64,000 nucleotides of DNA from Candidatus Spyradenecus sp. (GTDB lineage Bacteria; Verrucomicrobiota; Kiritimatiellia; RFP12; DVOR01), in contig JAZLBT010000015.1 of assembly GCA_045613865.1 (NCBI GenBank), forward strand, positions 42,913-106,912. Reading direction: 5' to 3'. Under the pieces are notes generated by a model that ran no database searches, had not been told where the DNA came from, and saw only the letters and a program-made list of their open reading frames with translations. Both the position numbers and the translations under genes were made by a program. Shown here in pieces: positions 30,001-37,457 of this stretch. Each line of letters starts with the position of its first letter. Positions within the stretch are counted from its first letter, which is position 1.

Positions 30001-33000
30001 TGCCATAACTCCATGACAACACGTTCTTGAGGACGTTCGCGACCATCTTGATAAATGAAAATCTGCGACAATCGTAATTCGTAATAAGTGGAAGTAAGTC
30101 CAACATTACAAAGATAAAGCGAAGTTGAATAACCAGACTTTGTTTTATCATTAATAGCAATTGTTGTACCAACACCCTTAAACGTCTTTGACGAATCACT
30201 GCAAAAAACAATACGGTCAATCGCATAGGGTTCCGAACGACTAAGCTTAAAACGAACCTCTCCTATACCCTTAAGAAGGGAAATATCACTACGAGCATCC
30301 GTAGACTGTTTAATGGTAGCATTACCAGACAATCGAACCATCGCATCGGGTTGATATCCCGATGGCGTCTCAATCATACTATTCGCGTCAAGTTTTAATA
30401 CAACCTGATTACCGTAAGAACTGCCAAATTCAAAGCCCTCGGTCCATGTTCTCGAATCATCTTCATCTTCACGCAAATACTTATGTGACGCAGGTTCACT
30501 CGAAGCACCCCAAGATGCAAAATAGTCTGCCGCAATGTTTGCAAGATCGCCAACAAAGAACTGATACGAAATACCAATATCCCCTGACGATTGCTTATTA
30601 TCACCATAAGCACGGCCAACCGTAAAATGATCCGTAATTTCAGAGGTTGTTGCAAGTGGACCTTGATCAGGAATCCAACCTCTTGAAATCTTTCCATCAC
30701 CCGAGATGATTGCATCAAAATTCGCGACCGCCGACTTTACATTCTCATGGAATTCTGTGTCAGCAAAGAGTCCATTTGACGCAGCATCCCATGTATTAAA
30801 ATCTTGTTCATTTGCACCACAAACAGAAAGTGTCCCAGCCTGCGTTGCAATATCTTCTGGCTCCTTAAAGGTGACACACAGATGTGTCGCACTGAGCTCG
30901 GAAATGTCAACCAAAATGGGAACGATCTCTTCAGGCGTTTTACCCGCTGTTAAGATTTCACCATTTGTTAACGAAATTGTACTTCCTGGATATGCAGGCA
31001 ATGTCGTTGGCATGCCACCTTGAACAACCGTTTCATTTTGACCATACCAATATTCATTGCCGTTCGGTTGACGAACACGAACTCGGAAGTTTACAAGATT
31101 TAAATGGTATTCCGCATCCCCGTCTGTCGCATCTGTAACCCAGGCATAAATCGCATCTGAATCCTTCTTTTCGGTATCCCCAGAATATATAATATTTCCC
31201 TCTGCAGAAACTGCAATTTCTTTAGGAAGCATCACATACCAAGAGCGAGATTCACGACCATCAGGAATGAAATTAACTTCTGCATCCTTCATCACATAGC
31301 CAAACGTTTCTCCTGCTCGCGTACGATATGTTAACACCATATCGATTTGCGTAGCATTCGTAAGTTGCTCTCGAACTTCAAGTGTTAAAGGATAGAAGCC
31401 CTTTGTTGAATCATTGTCATCTACTGGCAATTCCTTCACAAGAAGTGTTGTTTGCTCACGCTTATCCAAAACATCTCGGCCAGCCTCAAACGAACCAAGT
31501 AACTTACAATCTAATGTAAGATTATACACGCCTGGCAAAAGCGAAACTACATTGCCTTTTTCATCACGGCAAAAGGAGTTCTCTGCCACATTTGTAAATG
31601 CACCAAGACCATTTTTTGTAAGACGCTTAGAGTCTACGCCCATAAATGATGCAACAAGGGACTCACTATCAACCTCCATTGCCGCACTGTATGTTCCGCA
31701 AGCCTCATCACTGTCTGCTCGACGCGACAGCCCAAGAGATGCCTCATATCCTCGTGGCACCCGATTTACATTAGGGGTAACCTTAAAGTTAACCGTATAA
31801 CGTTCGCCCTCGTTCTTTTCTACATTATAGACATTACATGCTGCACCAATAAGATTTGCATCATTATCCTTAATTTGTGGTGCACCAATTGTTGCCATTG
31901 GTGTAGCTGATGAGACACGCAACTCTCGAATAAGAATCGTTGTCGCATACGCGTCATCAATCGTAACCTCGTTGCCAAATGATGTTACACGTAAAATACG
32001 GAATTGAGCCCCTGCATTCCCTGTAGCCTCTTCGTCCACCTTCACCGTAACAGATGTAAGACTTTGTGTTGGTGTAATAAGTGTTGCTGTAGGGTTACCT
32101 AAATCTTGCTTTACAAACGTACCATTTGCCCCTTTAACAGAAACACCTTCTGTCGTCCAAACACCTCCAACTTTCACCTGTACATAAAGATACTGTGGAG
32201 ATTCTGTTGCATCCGTAACAATCTTCGTCTTAAAGACAATCTTACTAATACCATCGGGGTAGGTTGGAGAGACAACCATCGGACAATCTTCAAACGTCTG
32301 TAAATTCTTGATGTTTTCAAGAGTCACGTCCACATCATTTAACAACAATGCACCCTCGTCTACGTAATTGCCTCCCGCAGAACCCAATGCAACTTTCTTT
32401 AATTCCCACGAAGTCCCAGAAATAGCCATGGAATCAAGCATATAAGCATTGTACTTCTCACGACCAAAATAAGAATCGCTCCAAACGTTATCTGTATTAT
32501 CATCACGATTAACCCCACGCCAAATACGCGGGTCTGTGAAATCCATCTTACGGCCATGGTCTTGAATATCAGAAACAATCGTGAAGAGGCCTAAACCGTA
32601 CCGCGATGCCGCATACCACTCATACGTTGCACGACCATTAATCAACGAATCCAAAAGCGGATTCATATTTTCAGGATTATTCCAATCAATCACAAGCACA
32701 TTACTATAAAAACGGCGTTCCCAACGCGCAGGATCGCGCACTGTTCCCACAGTCAAGGAGGTCAATGTGTCAGGAATCGAAGCGCCAGAAGAAACCACAT
32801 CTCGATTAATATCCCCCTGCTGAGGCATGGGATAATAACCCGAATCTTCTGCGGTTAAATAGATTGCACCAGACCACGCAGAGCCTTCGCCTCCATGCGG
32901 ACGATACATAAGGGTTGCAGGAATAGCTCGAAGTGTAGTCGCAATTCCCTTTGTTCCCGTACGAGGAACCGACACCGTTAAGCAAACCTGTGCGCTTGTT

Positions 33001-33182
33001 GAATTCTCCGTCAAAGGATCCTTTGTATCAGCATCAACAAGTGTTAATGCATAAAGCACCGGCTCTTCTTGAGAAACTCCAACAGGCACAGATGTTGTTG
33101 CCGAAAAAACAGGTTCGGCGGACCCGAAAATAAAGCCCGCCACAAGTGCTGAAAGCACGTTTGAAAAGGATAAGCGTTTCAT
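21012..33182 (-). CDS. Giant secreted protein 1 (4,056 aa from the ATG at 33182), probably a multi-domain beta-sandwich / jelly-roll surface protein or adhesin
   Basis: One uninterrupted ORF with a Sec signal peptide (MKRLSFSNVLSALVAGFIFGSAEPVFSA). It is Thr/Ser/Asn/Asp/Gly-rich and Cys-poor, with recurring (I/L)DD(F/L).(I/V) motifs (YVYLDDFRITS, EVFIDDLTVSS) of the kind that close ConA/LamG-like jelly rolls. The ORF track start at 33191 is a TTG; the ATG three codons later was preferred. Confidence 0.85.
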   Translation of the reverse strand: MKRLSFSNVLSALVAGFIFGSAEPVFSATTSVPVGVSQEEPVLYALTLVDADTKDPLTENSTSAQVCLTVSVPRTGTKGIATTLRAIPATLMYRPHGGEGSAWSGAIYLTAEDSGYYPMPQQGDINRDVVSSGASIPDTLTSLTVGTVRDPARWERRFYSNVLVIDWNNPENMNPLLDSLINGRATYEWYAASRYGLGLFTIVSDIQDHGRKMDFTDPRIWRGVNRDDNTDNVWSDSYFGREKYNAYMLDSMAISGTSWELKKVALGSAGGNYVDEGALLLNDVDVTLENIKNLQTFEDCPMVVSPTYPDGISKIVFKTKIVTDATESPQYLYVQVKVGGVWTTEGVSVKGANGTFVKQDLGNPTATLITPTQSLTSVTVKVDEEATGNAGAQFRILRVTSFGNEVTIDDAYATTILIRELRVSSATPMATIGAPQIKDNDANLIGAACNVYNVEKNEGERYTVNFKVTPNVNRVPRGYEASLGLSRRADSDEACGTYSAAMEVDSESLVASFMGVDSKRLTKNGLGAFTNVAENSFCRDEKGNVVSLLPGVYNLTLDCKLLGSFEAGRDVLDKREQTTLLVKELPVDDNDSTKGFYPLTLEVREQLTNATQIDMVLTYRTRAGETFGYVMKDAEVNFIPDGRESRSWYVMLPKEIAVSAEGNIIYSGDTEKKDSDAIYAWVTDATDGDAEYHLNLVNFRVRVRQPNGNEYWYGQNETVVQGGMPTTLPAYPGSTISLTNGEILTAGKTPEEIVPILVDISELSATHLCVTFKEPEDIATQAGTLSVCGANEQDFNTWDAASNGLFADTEFHENVKSAVANFDAIISGDGKISRGWIPDQGPLATTSEITDHFTVGRAYGDNKQSSGDIGISYQFFVGDLANIAADYFASWGASSEPASHKYLREDEDDSRTWTEGFEFGSSYGNQVVLKLDANSMIETPSGYQPDAMVRLSGNATIKQSTDARSDISLLKGIGEVRFKLSRSEPYAIDRIVFCSDSSKTFKGVGTTIAINDKTKSGYSTSLYLCNVGLTSTYYELRLSQIFIYQDGRERPQERVVMELWQWTGGVATRKSFEVDNGTKDYHVTNQDSMQNKEARLWIDDAGFLNASFANKTIKSTSTVPQTTLTHIAFGSAECWPIFNSIVYMNATNGAFEGLTYTPDTTKVELLTSDAKWVVNSASGSQLQLQRGKRPADTSAQVRLDGYSASEGKSEQLAVFTAGDTEQEYSITVGRADLSLSLVATDGNEVFIDDLTVSSWQGDDTNRNGTKVPLYTNTHWNESETDGFSAVGVWVQPVDESQNSAQPTEYTGEQCLLMQYSRRNTSNGLSAGSTNNIHHTASTLALYTPYSSDNFGTISFRYRIPLQSEFKDNVQNPSVSLLLQYTNARSSHTDNLNDSYPLSSWENVSTEIELPITNGEWRTMSITPRLLENSKYVSMERGILRLVMVSPIDSTDDPYVYLDDFRITSSSGEVALWSAGNIRLSEEPIASLYWKDRLAKNINEKTFAWKSRLTRAVLFNDHITEDVVGGIENPLLQSYVESPILEKGAGIISFAARLDEPSLENHYVYVYGYESETIDAHESLSFPDDYTYLTRVKIEDTLYRQYDVDLTKIIPNYKSLKRIRLHVPVEGGVVDGRNGVPQVEAYGRIWLDKLSITEPIAPSVRLSNVCFSTLPGDNFEKHTKVLDGASGIFDVADGRNSPLSQPLAGSPLAVKVTVDRLQQVKKDSIKVFFTWNVPTEMKRVTSDYSYRNALDTTVEAATTPIYAWDPTIESNVSITENLGDTKASFEEAAQALDAWGLETWFATKRAAIEDTFMRLDAAENKANYDALTASGLESLTSLQGNTILLTRQDEPSEKQTFRTISDDADAFDEIKKLKVNGLVRYAVWAVFETEDSTEDNPRYGYSIIDAGSYTDFPWYFPRNLNTEMRTRCNELASNAENAGVGAFDTKGSSFFTPYFWLYDTVPGEVFINEFNMNDASRTLMKRFIEFCTPAKNSMNGWFADISDANLLSTVETFAIRDEGTPLVPDPGAVPAQGGATPLSNRTFYTIINANSNLLANNENVTSEPHKNAGRAQTGLYSGYERTNSAAVALRLYRPTGGAEHIVLYSLWQDGQGSSVNAESRLDALATKYRTAYKQEGFGTEWFQSFREEDWDSSTNKPDANYTSADHARRLAVVKTFKTNADGIYDKNGTTENFIGDARSSSKERVNSIATIDMGGAWVMRTNANTPLGTENEEKGQLDVSHLFASPFNITLNLTEQARPGDTNKEVQVTPRQINLDQWLIYYADPNGNTISSQVNGLGQHMVDFLDENGISTTTIFGGRDMIYRTIPDGSKVKVTYTAFPFNKLEKVTLTATSTEDGVAVATEEALKNLIVEDETSFSVTFASDVNQPNTMVATFEPKNVDRLVLQLIPELNDGTKYSFTLSANYIVAAEGAEDIITEVSPFCGDALTGDAKYQPWCGSAFGFSVKYNTAELAAKNARLVGAIITYPTAYLDDTMWTEWKNKILALTGLTFDKAKAEMNALGDAGYLRSAVLDLTRKVNDTLSEIYSPTCVTVLGDSYMKKDLNGNIIIKEPKIPYLAWGVYAVTVQSGASTETIQYLIPQDTSSPRYAWPEWYAPLKQEGEIPYFYLYSTPPESVWLNEVNLVKGTGTEPFVEVVIPKLRQGILGAGLGEGVPEVTTDGWKVQYTVPGGTAMDWVDMSDAQALDAISSFSYKFVAKTATDVNEDAVAVALIRPCGAGEGGVWTGVTANGGSSIPATTDVSTTLGHYIVEGQTDALNTAGSIQLVGGTTTDEFGDILRETRAERTLWRFVASETNGTENGANGDVGLDSNPEWNRIRVTSTLLNTVYGGSPCGWQAFGYVPTETTVIGATAEESFAANSWVSDITKNQIQRVITYRPRVGYTYDYLTLPAEWMGKVLLVGKRLAKGEEFSQGDLLMLARETYYRAETATSNAEKARIYVELGGFATAEVAGEESFTGRIIFNGDAVVDETSGLLFQDTDDYVVAVLLIAEPASATNNLVMAMRPGSIEFGAWLVSQSFYGLDSTGAPDLTKGGEVVTNPIWDDEIGNGEGEHCDKHGWIYQPLIGDTLSMSAVIRPDNGLYARETIIEEMTSEKPTVVPMLVWALTDKNKVPSDLFTGAASQSATTFLANWDISKLFGAMPAIGDGVTADFKKLRTNLQLANSGKSMSLPYVKGGILPMTLQGIRGSIDDQVETEDFENKTSLTLQEVEALKKDSEAPYLAFRVMTNDELTAALNAGDPSTTDDDGALAMIQNEDSLVPLTATLSMKNAENESVWSEGAILRFAVVLVDVTTGEIIDCQGVSNFSSDNLPVYCPWYVPEDRADVNYVATSQKAGVAPYAWIYSIGYNDVWINEIRPFHTDSYGSAIELAMRATTVTEVDFGSKKLYRPAQSLDGWKIVVKYAPMPDVTTMDAKTKLNWTRSTDMLAMDHPLYNRTIELKSWIPGKRIVSTDASADSIDYYAIATSHNEITNLKFDEAYNPLTAELSRLDYATCLKQSGEYVDDGSGTGTLVPAMDVDQFVYLKTPTIPVELLTEENGKKTKFGDDATIGTMEIFPNYDALVKYLNSELGVDYAKDGLVFGIELVRNNGVVADEILFSHNNENAVDSLGEMLTLDARLSEIATLETQSFASSNIIRYVNIAIGRLAGNTSILFVDVYKKNGSGLEAIANQQRVWYPMDYLISSGVSTIPGPNNNTSATFSGDYFKQPYSSMSLDEFIAFISRTYRISASYMGGTLGLNALEAKMPTPTFDLARVYTDAEGNDILTALKTRASSFTVANLPVNTRYRLTLEPVADEWFDVDVALSNAASSQVKVATDLVTTLNTTKKTMTLRRYCIDFDPSKDDNGLGLRSVSTSSYDSALLDTDKNYVVMLVPNKEAQKILVKLKDSAPQDAGYEAWLIASGTPSDVAQAMNSGTIDLSEKYWLGFDDALTDNGDNVSLCFSAFGIIENNAEKSVQASVTLMNGATEIKQLYADGTLVLVGKETLSDPAWYFVQTLDVASDVNTSGGAPRILNIATDCKYFQVVLMSQEDVKKLERKK

Positions 33183-33183
33183 A

Positions 33184-34272
33184 TCAGTCAATCTTCTCCC
33201 CGTCTACATTGACGCCGCCAGAACCATACCACTTGGAAAGTTTCTTGCGTTTATTCATATCGGGTTTAGAGGAATCCGTTGATGGATCGTCAATTGCTTC
33301 AACACGTCCATCGCCAAAACAAACAAATGCTTGCATCTTGCCATCATTGTCATAATTGAAACCGAGACATTCGTCTTGGGCATCCCAATCCCAAACTTGG
33401 TCTCCTGCAAGAGGTTCTGTCTTCACCTTGTCATTATCCAAATCAAGCTCGACAAAGAGAACCGTTCGAGATGGCAATGCTTCAGCCGTTTCATTACCAC
33501 TTCCAGTTCGAGCCTTTAACGTATTCGCACCGTAATTGATAGAGGACGAAAAACCACGATTAAATTGCATCCCTGTACAATATTCCCGTTCTGTTCCGTA
33601 AAGATCTTCGTCTGCACCTGCAACAACATTCATTGCATACGAACGCATAACATGTTCTTCTCGACGAACATGACGTAAGCGGAATGCACGCTTCGCAAAG
33701 TTTTTATTCACATAGGAGGCGAAATCACTATTCATCAACTCGAAAAGTGCACCAACACGAATTGTATTCAATGCACCAGTCTTCATAGAACTTGTTGAAG
33801 ATTCGTCAAACCAAGTCGCGGGTTGCGCATTAATACCACCCTCTTTTTGAGAGGTATTAAAGCAACGGCAAAGACCTTCCTCATTGACGTAATCATCTGG
33901 ATTAGCATCATCCGACGAGCTAAAGCCATACCCATTACCACCGCCATCGCCAATTTCAAAAGAACATTCATGGCCAAAATAAACCCATCCTGCAGCACGG
34001 CCATAACGTTCTTCATAACCACTAGACTTCCGAAGGCGATACTCATTAAACCAACCACCCGCAGCAGGAAAATGACCATCATGGCGCATCTTGTAGAGAA
34101 GTGTAGATTGCCCCAAACGGCGTAAATCTTCACGCGCATCTGCAGACTCTGCAGAAGAAAATGCTTTACCAATAGTTGCTGTCAACGTTGCGCCAAGGAT
34201 GCCAATAATCATAATGACAACCAACAACTCAATCATTGTAAAACCGAGTGAAAAATTCTTTCGCGTCTTCAT
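33184..34272 (-). CDS. Prepilin-type N-terminal cleavage/methylation domain protein, DUF1559 (H-X9-DG-like) pseudopilin family
   Basis: MKTRKNFSLGFTMIELLVVIMIIGILGATL is a canonical type IV pilin / T2SS pseudopilin leader with the G|FTxxE methylation site. The C-terminal FVCFGDGRVEAIDD resembles the DUF1559 C-terminal box. Its stop TGA (33186-33184) lies 1 nt before the giant gene ATG (33182). Confidence 0.75.
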   Translation of the reverse strand: MKTRKNFSLGFTMIELLVVIMIIGILGATLTATIGKAFSSAESADAREDLRRLGQSTLLYKMRHDGHFPAAGGWFNEYRLRKSSGYEERYGRAAGWVYFGHECSFEIGDGGGNGYGFSSSDDANPDDYVNEEGLCRCFNTSQKEGGINAQPATWFDESSTSSMKTGALNTIRVGALFELMNSDFASYVNKNFAKRAFRLRHVRREEHVMRSYAMNVVAGADEDLYGTEREYCTGMQFNRGFSSSINYGANTLKARTGSGNETAEALPSRTVLFVELDLDNDKVKTEPLAGDQVWDWDAQDECLGFNYDNDGKMQAFVCFGDGRVEAIDDPSTDSSKPDMNKRKKLSKWYGSGGVNVDGEKID

Positions 34273-34486
34273 AAACGGTCCTCTCATACTTAACTATATT
34301 ATATGTCAAAAAACAGTCAAAAGCAACTGTTAATCAATGTGTCAAAAAAAATATTTCAAAAATGCGCTTAAAGTGCCTTTTTTATGCATCTTCTTTTTTA
34401 AAAAGATTTCTTAAATAAAAAATTAACTCTTTTTTTTCAATTTTCGCGTACTTTCTCCATCTTATCCCCCCTACTCTTCTTAACAA

Positions 34487-34534
34487 TACAAAACAAAAAA
34501 ATAAGAAGGCACCCAAGATGTTGGATGCCTTCTT
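34487..34534 (-). terminator. Rho-independent terminator after glgP (minus strand)
   Basis: 9-bp stem AAGAAGGCA / TGCCTTCTT followed on the minus strand by AUUUUUUUGUUUUGU. Confidence 0.55.
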
Positions 34535-34551
34535 GTTTGATTCAATATCCC

Positions 34552-37053
34552 TTACTTCGCAATAAAGGAATCAAGATGCCAAATATCCTTAGCATACTCA
34601 GCAATCGTACGGTCAGAGGAGAACTTACCTGCACATGCAGTATTCATCACAGAGGCCTTTGTCCATGCGGTCGGCTTACGATAGAGTGCTTCCACCTTGT
34701 CTTGAGCCTTAATAAAGGCAGGAAGGTCCTTGAGCAACATGTAGTAGTCATTGAAGTCAATGAGACTCTTCAAAAGCGGCTCAAAGATGCCAGGCGTCAT
34801 CAAGGAGAAGACGTTACGACGAATCATATCAAGAGCACGCTTAATCTCTGGATCAGACTCATAGATAGCACGAGAGTTATACGTCGGGCGGAGCTTCTCC
34901 ACTTCTTCCGTCTTAAGACCGAAGATGAAGATATTATCCTTACCCACTTCTTCTGCGATTTCAACATTTGCACCATCAAGCGTTCCGAGCGTAAGCGCAC
35001 CATTGAGCATAAGCTTCATGTTGCCTGTACCAGAGGCTTCTGTGCCCGCAAGCGAAATCTGTTCAGAAACGTTTGCAGCAGGAATAATCTTTTCTGCAAG
35101 AGAGACGCGATAATCTGGGAGGAATGCCACCGTAATGCGACCCTTAACAAGCGGGTGATTATTGACCACATCTGCAACGCCATGAATAAGACGAATAATA
35201 AGCTTCGCGATCCAATAACCAGGAGCAGCCTTTGCACCAAAGATAAAGACGCGAGGATGAATATCCATATCAGGCTTTTCAATCAAGCGATTAAAGAGAA
35301 CAATGATATAAAGCACGAGCAAGAGCTGACGCTTATATTCATGAAGACGCTTAACCTGAACGTCAAAGATTGCATCTGGGTTTGCCTGGAAACCAAGCGT
35401 ATTAAAGATTGTATTCGAAAGAATTTGCTTATTTGCACGCTTGATATCTGCGAACTCTTCCAAGAAAGAAGCGTCATTCACAAATTCCTTCAACTTAGAG
35501 AGTTCAGAGAGATCCGTAATCCACTTGTCGCCAATGCTATCTGTGATAAGATTTGCAAGACGGGGGTTAGCCTTAAGCAACCAACGACGTTGAGTAATAC
35601 CATTCGTCTTATTCGAGAAGTGATCCGGCATTAATTCAAAGAAGTCGCGGAAGATCGTCTTCTTCAAAATTTCAGAGTGGAGCGCGGCCACACCGTTAAC
35701 AGCGGAAGTACCCACAAGACAAAGATTTGCCATACGGACATACTTTTCGCCAGCTTCATCGATAAGCGACATACGACCAAGGCGTGCAATATCACCCGGA
35801 TAAAGATTTGTCACCTGCTGCAAGAAGCGTGCATTGATCTCATAAATGATTTGCATATGACGAGGAAGCACACGCTCCATCAACGGCACAGGCCACTTTT
35901 CAAGCGCTTCGGGAAGCACTGTGTGGTTTGTATAACCCGTGCAAGCACGAACATACTTCCACGCTTCATCCCAAGAAATGCCTTCAACGTCAACAAGAAC
36001 GCGCATCAACTCAGGAATAACAAGCGTTGGGTGCGTGTCATTTAACTGGATAAAGACATACTTCGGCAAGTGTTTCCAATCGTGACCTTCATCACGGAAA
36101 CGACGGAGGATATCATGCACCGATGCTGCAACAAAGAGATACTGCTGGCGGAGACGGAGTTCTTTACCCTGCGTGGTCGAATCATTTGGATAAAGAACCT
36201 TAGTCAAGTTTTCTGCAAGCACCTTCGATTCCACAGCTTCAATGTACGAACCGCGATTAAATTCTTCAAGAGAGAATTCATTTGTTGCATGTGCAGACCA
36301 AAGGCGAAGTGTACCAATGGTTGTACCCTTATAACCAACAACTGGCAAATCATACGGCACGGCTTGAACCTGCTGCGCAGGCACCCAAACCCATTCATCA
36401 TGACCCGTACGACCCTTGTAATGTTCAACATGACCACCAAAGCCAACAAGGCAGGTATATTCAGGACGTTGAATTTCCCAAGGATAACCATACTTCAACC
36501 AGTTATCCGGTTCTTCACGTTGTTCACCCTGAACGATACGCTGACGGAAGATACCATAGTCATAACGAAGACCATAACCCATTGCAGGGAGATTAAGCGT
36601 TGCGAGCGAATCAAGGAAGCAAGCGGCAAGACGACCAAGACCGCCATTACCAAGACCTGCGTCCATTTCGTAGTCGCGAAGACGATTCCAATCAAGACCA
36701 AGGGAATCCATTGCTTCACGGCACTGATCTTCAAGCCCCAAGTTGATCACATTATTGCCTAAGAGACGGCCAATAAGGAATTCGAGAGAAAGATAATAAA
36801 CACGACGAACTTTAGCGCTACGATAAGCGTCTTGTGTCGCCATCCAACGATCAACAATACGATCGCGAACAGCATAGGCAAGTGCATTATAACAATCGCG
36901 TTCAGTTGCACGATCATTGCTCTTTGCCATCGAAAAACGCATATTCCAAAGGAAGTCCTGTGCAAGACCCTTTGCGGTTAAATCAATGGAAGGATTTTCA
37001 GAGGGAAGTTTTACAGGCTGAATAGGTGCCGTTTTATTTTTTGATGTAGGCAT
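34552..37053 (-). CDS. glgP: Alpha-glucan (glycogen/maltodextrin) phosphorylase, GT35
   Basis: Family hallmarks YYLSLEFLIGRLLGNN, NGGLGRLAACFLDS, the PLP-site region TSAVNGVAALHSEILK and EASGTGNMK are present; the length is 833 aa. Confidence 0.9.
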   Translation of the reverse strand: MPTSKNKTAPIQPVKLPSENPSIDLTAKGLAQDFLWNMRFSMAKSNDRATERDCYNALAYAVRDRIVDRWMATQDAYRSAKVRRVYYLSLEFLIGRLLGNNVINLGLEDQCREAMDSLGLDWNRLRDYEMDAGLGNGGLGRLAACFLDSLATLNLPAMGYGLRYDYGIFRQRIVQGEQREEPDNWLKYGYPWEIQRPEYTCLVGFGGHVEHYKGRTGHDEWVWVPAQQVQAVPYDLPVVGYKGTTIGTLRLWSAHATNEFSLEEFNRGSYIEAVESKVLAENLTKVLYPNDSTTQGKELRLRQQYLFVAASVHDILRRFRDEGHDWKHLPKYVFIQLNDTHPTLVIPELMRVLVDVEGISWDEAWKYVRACTGYTNHTVLPEALEKWPVPLMERVLPRHMQIIYEINARFLQQVTNLYPGDIARLGRMSLIDEAGEKYVRMANLCLVGTSAVNGVAALHSEILKKTIFRDFFELMPDHFSNKTNGITQRRWLLKANPRLANLITDSIGDKWITDLSELSKLKEFVNDASFLEEFADIKRANKQILSNTIFNTLGFQANPDAIFDVQVKRLHEYKRQLLLVLYIIVLFNRLIEKPDMDIHPRVFIFGAKAAPGYWIAKLIIRLIHGVADVVNNHPLVKGRITVAFLPDYRVSLAEKIIPAANVSEQISLAGTEASGTGNMKLMLNGALTLGTLDGANVEIAEEVGKDNIFIFGLKTEEVEKLRPTYNSRAIYESDPEIKRALDMIRRNVFSLMTPGIFEPLLKSLIDFNDYYMLLKDLPAFIKAQDKVEALYRKPTAWTKASVMNTACAGKFSSDRTIAEYAKDIWHLDSFIAK

Positions 37054-37070
37054 GATATAAATCCTCGTTC

Positions 37071-37391
37071 TTACTCTTTAATTTTATTCTTTGCCTCGTT
37101 TACGCGCAAACGACGGCCCATGACATTTTTATCATGTAAAGCCTTGATTGCAGCTTCTGCTTCAGAGCGATAGATCATTTCAACAAATCCAAAGCCCTTG
37201 CTCTTATGATTATAACGATTTTCAATCACGCGTGCACTCTTCACTGTGCCATACTTTGCGAACGCCTTACGTAATTGTTCGCCAGTCATGTCATAGCTAA
37301 GATTGCCGACATAGATTTCGATCAGTTCCTTTTGCCCTTTATCGGCGGGTGCTTTCTTGCCAAAGGGCCAGAAGATGGAGAACCAACTCAT
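37071..37391 (-). CDS. RRM-domain RNA-binding protein
   Basis: IYVGNLSY (RNP2) and KGFGFVEM (RNP1). It has a short N-terminal basic extension and no RGG tail. Confidence 0.75.
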   Translation of the reverse strand: MSWFSIFWPFGKKAPADKGQKELIEIYVGNLSYDMTGEQLRKAFAKYGTVKSARVIENRYNHKSKGFGFVEMIYRSEAEAAIKALHDKNVMGRRLRVNEAKNKIKE

Positions 37392-37457
37392 CTCTGCATT
37401 TCCTCTTTTCTTTTTGGGTCAACGCGGCCGTTGCGGGCCCGCGCCACCATAAATCCC

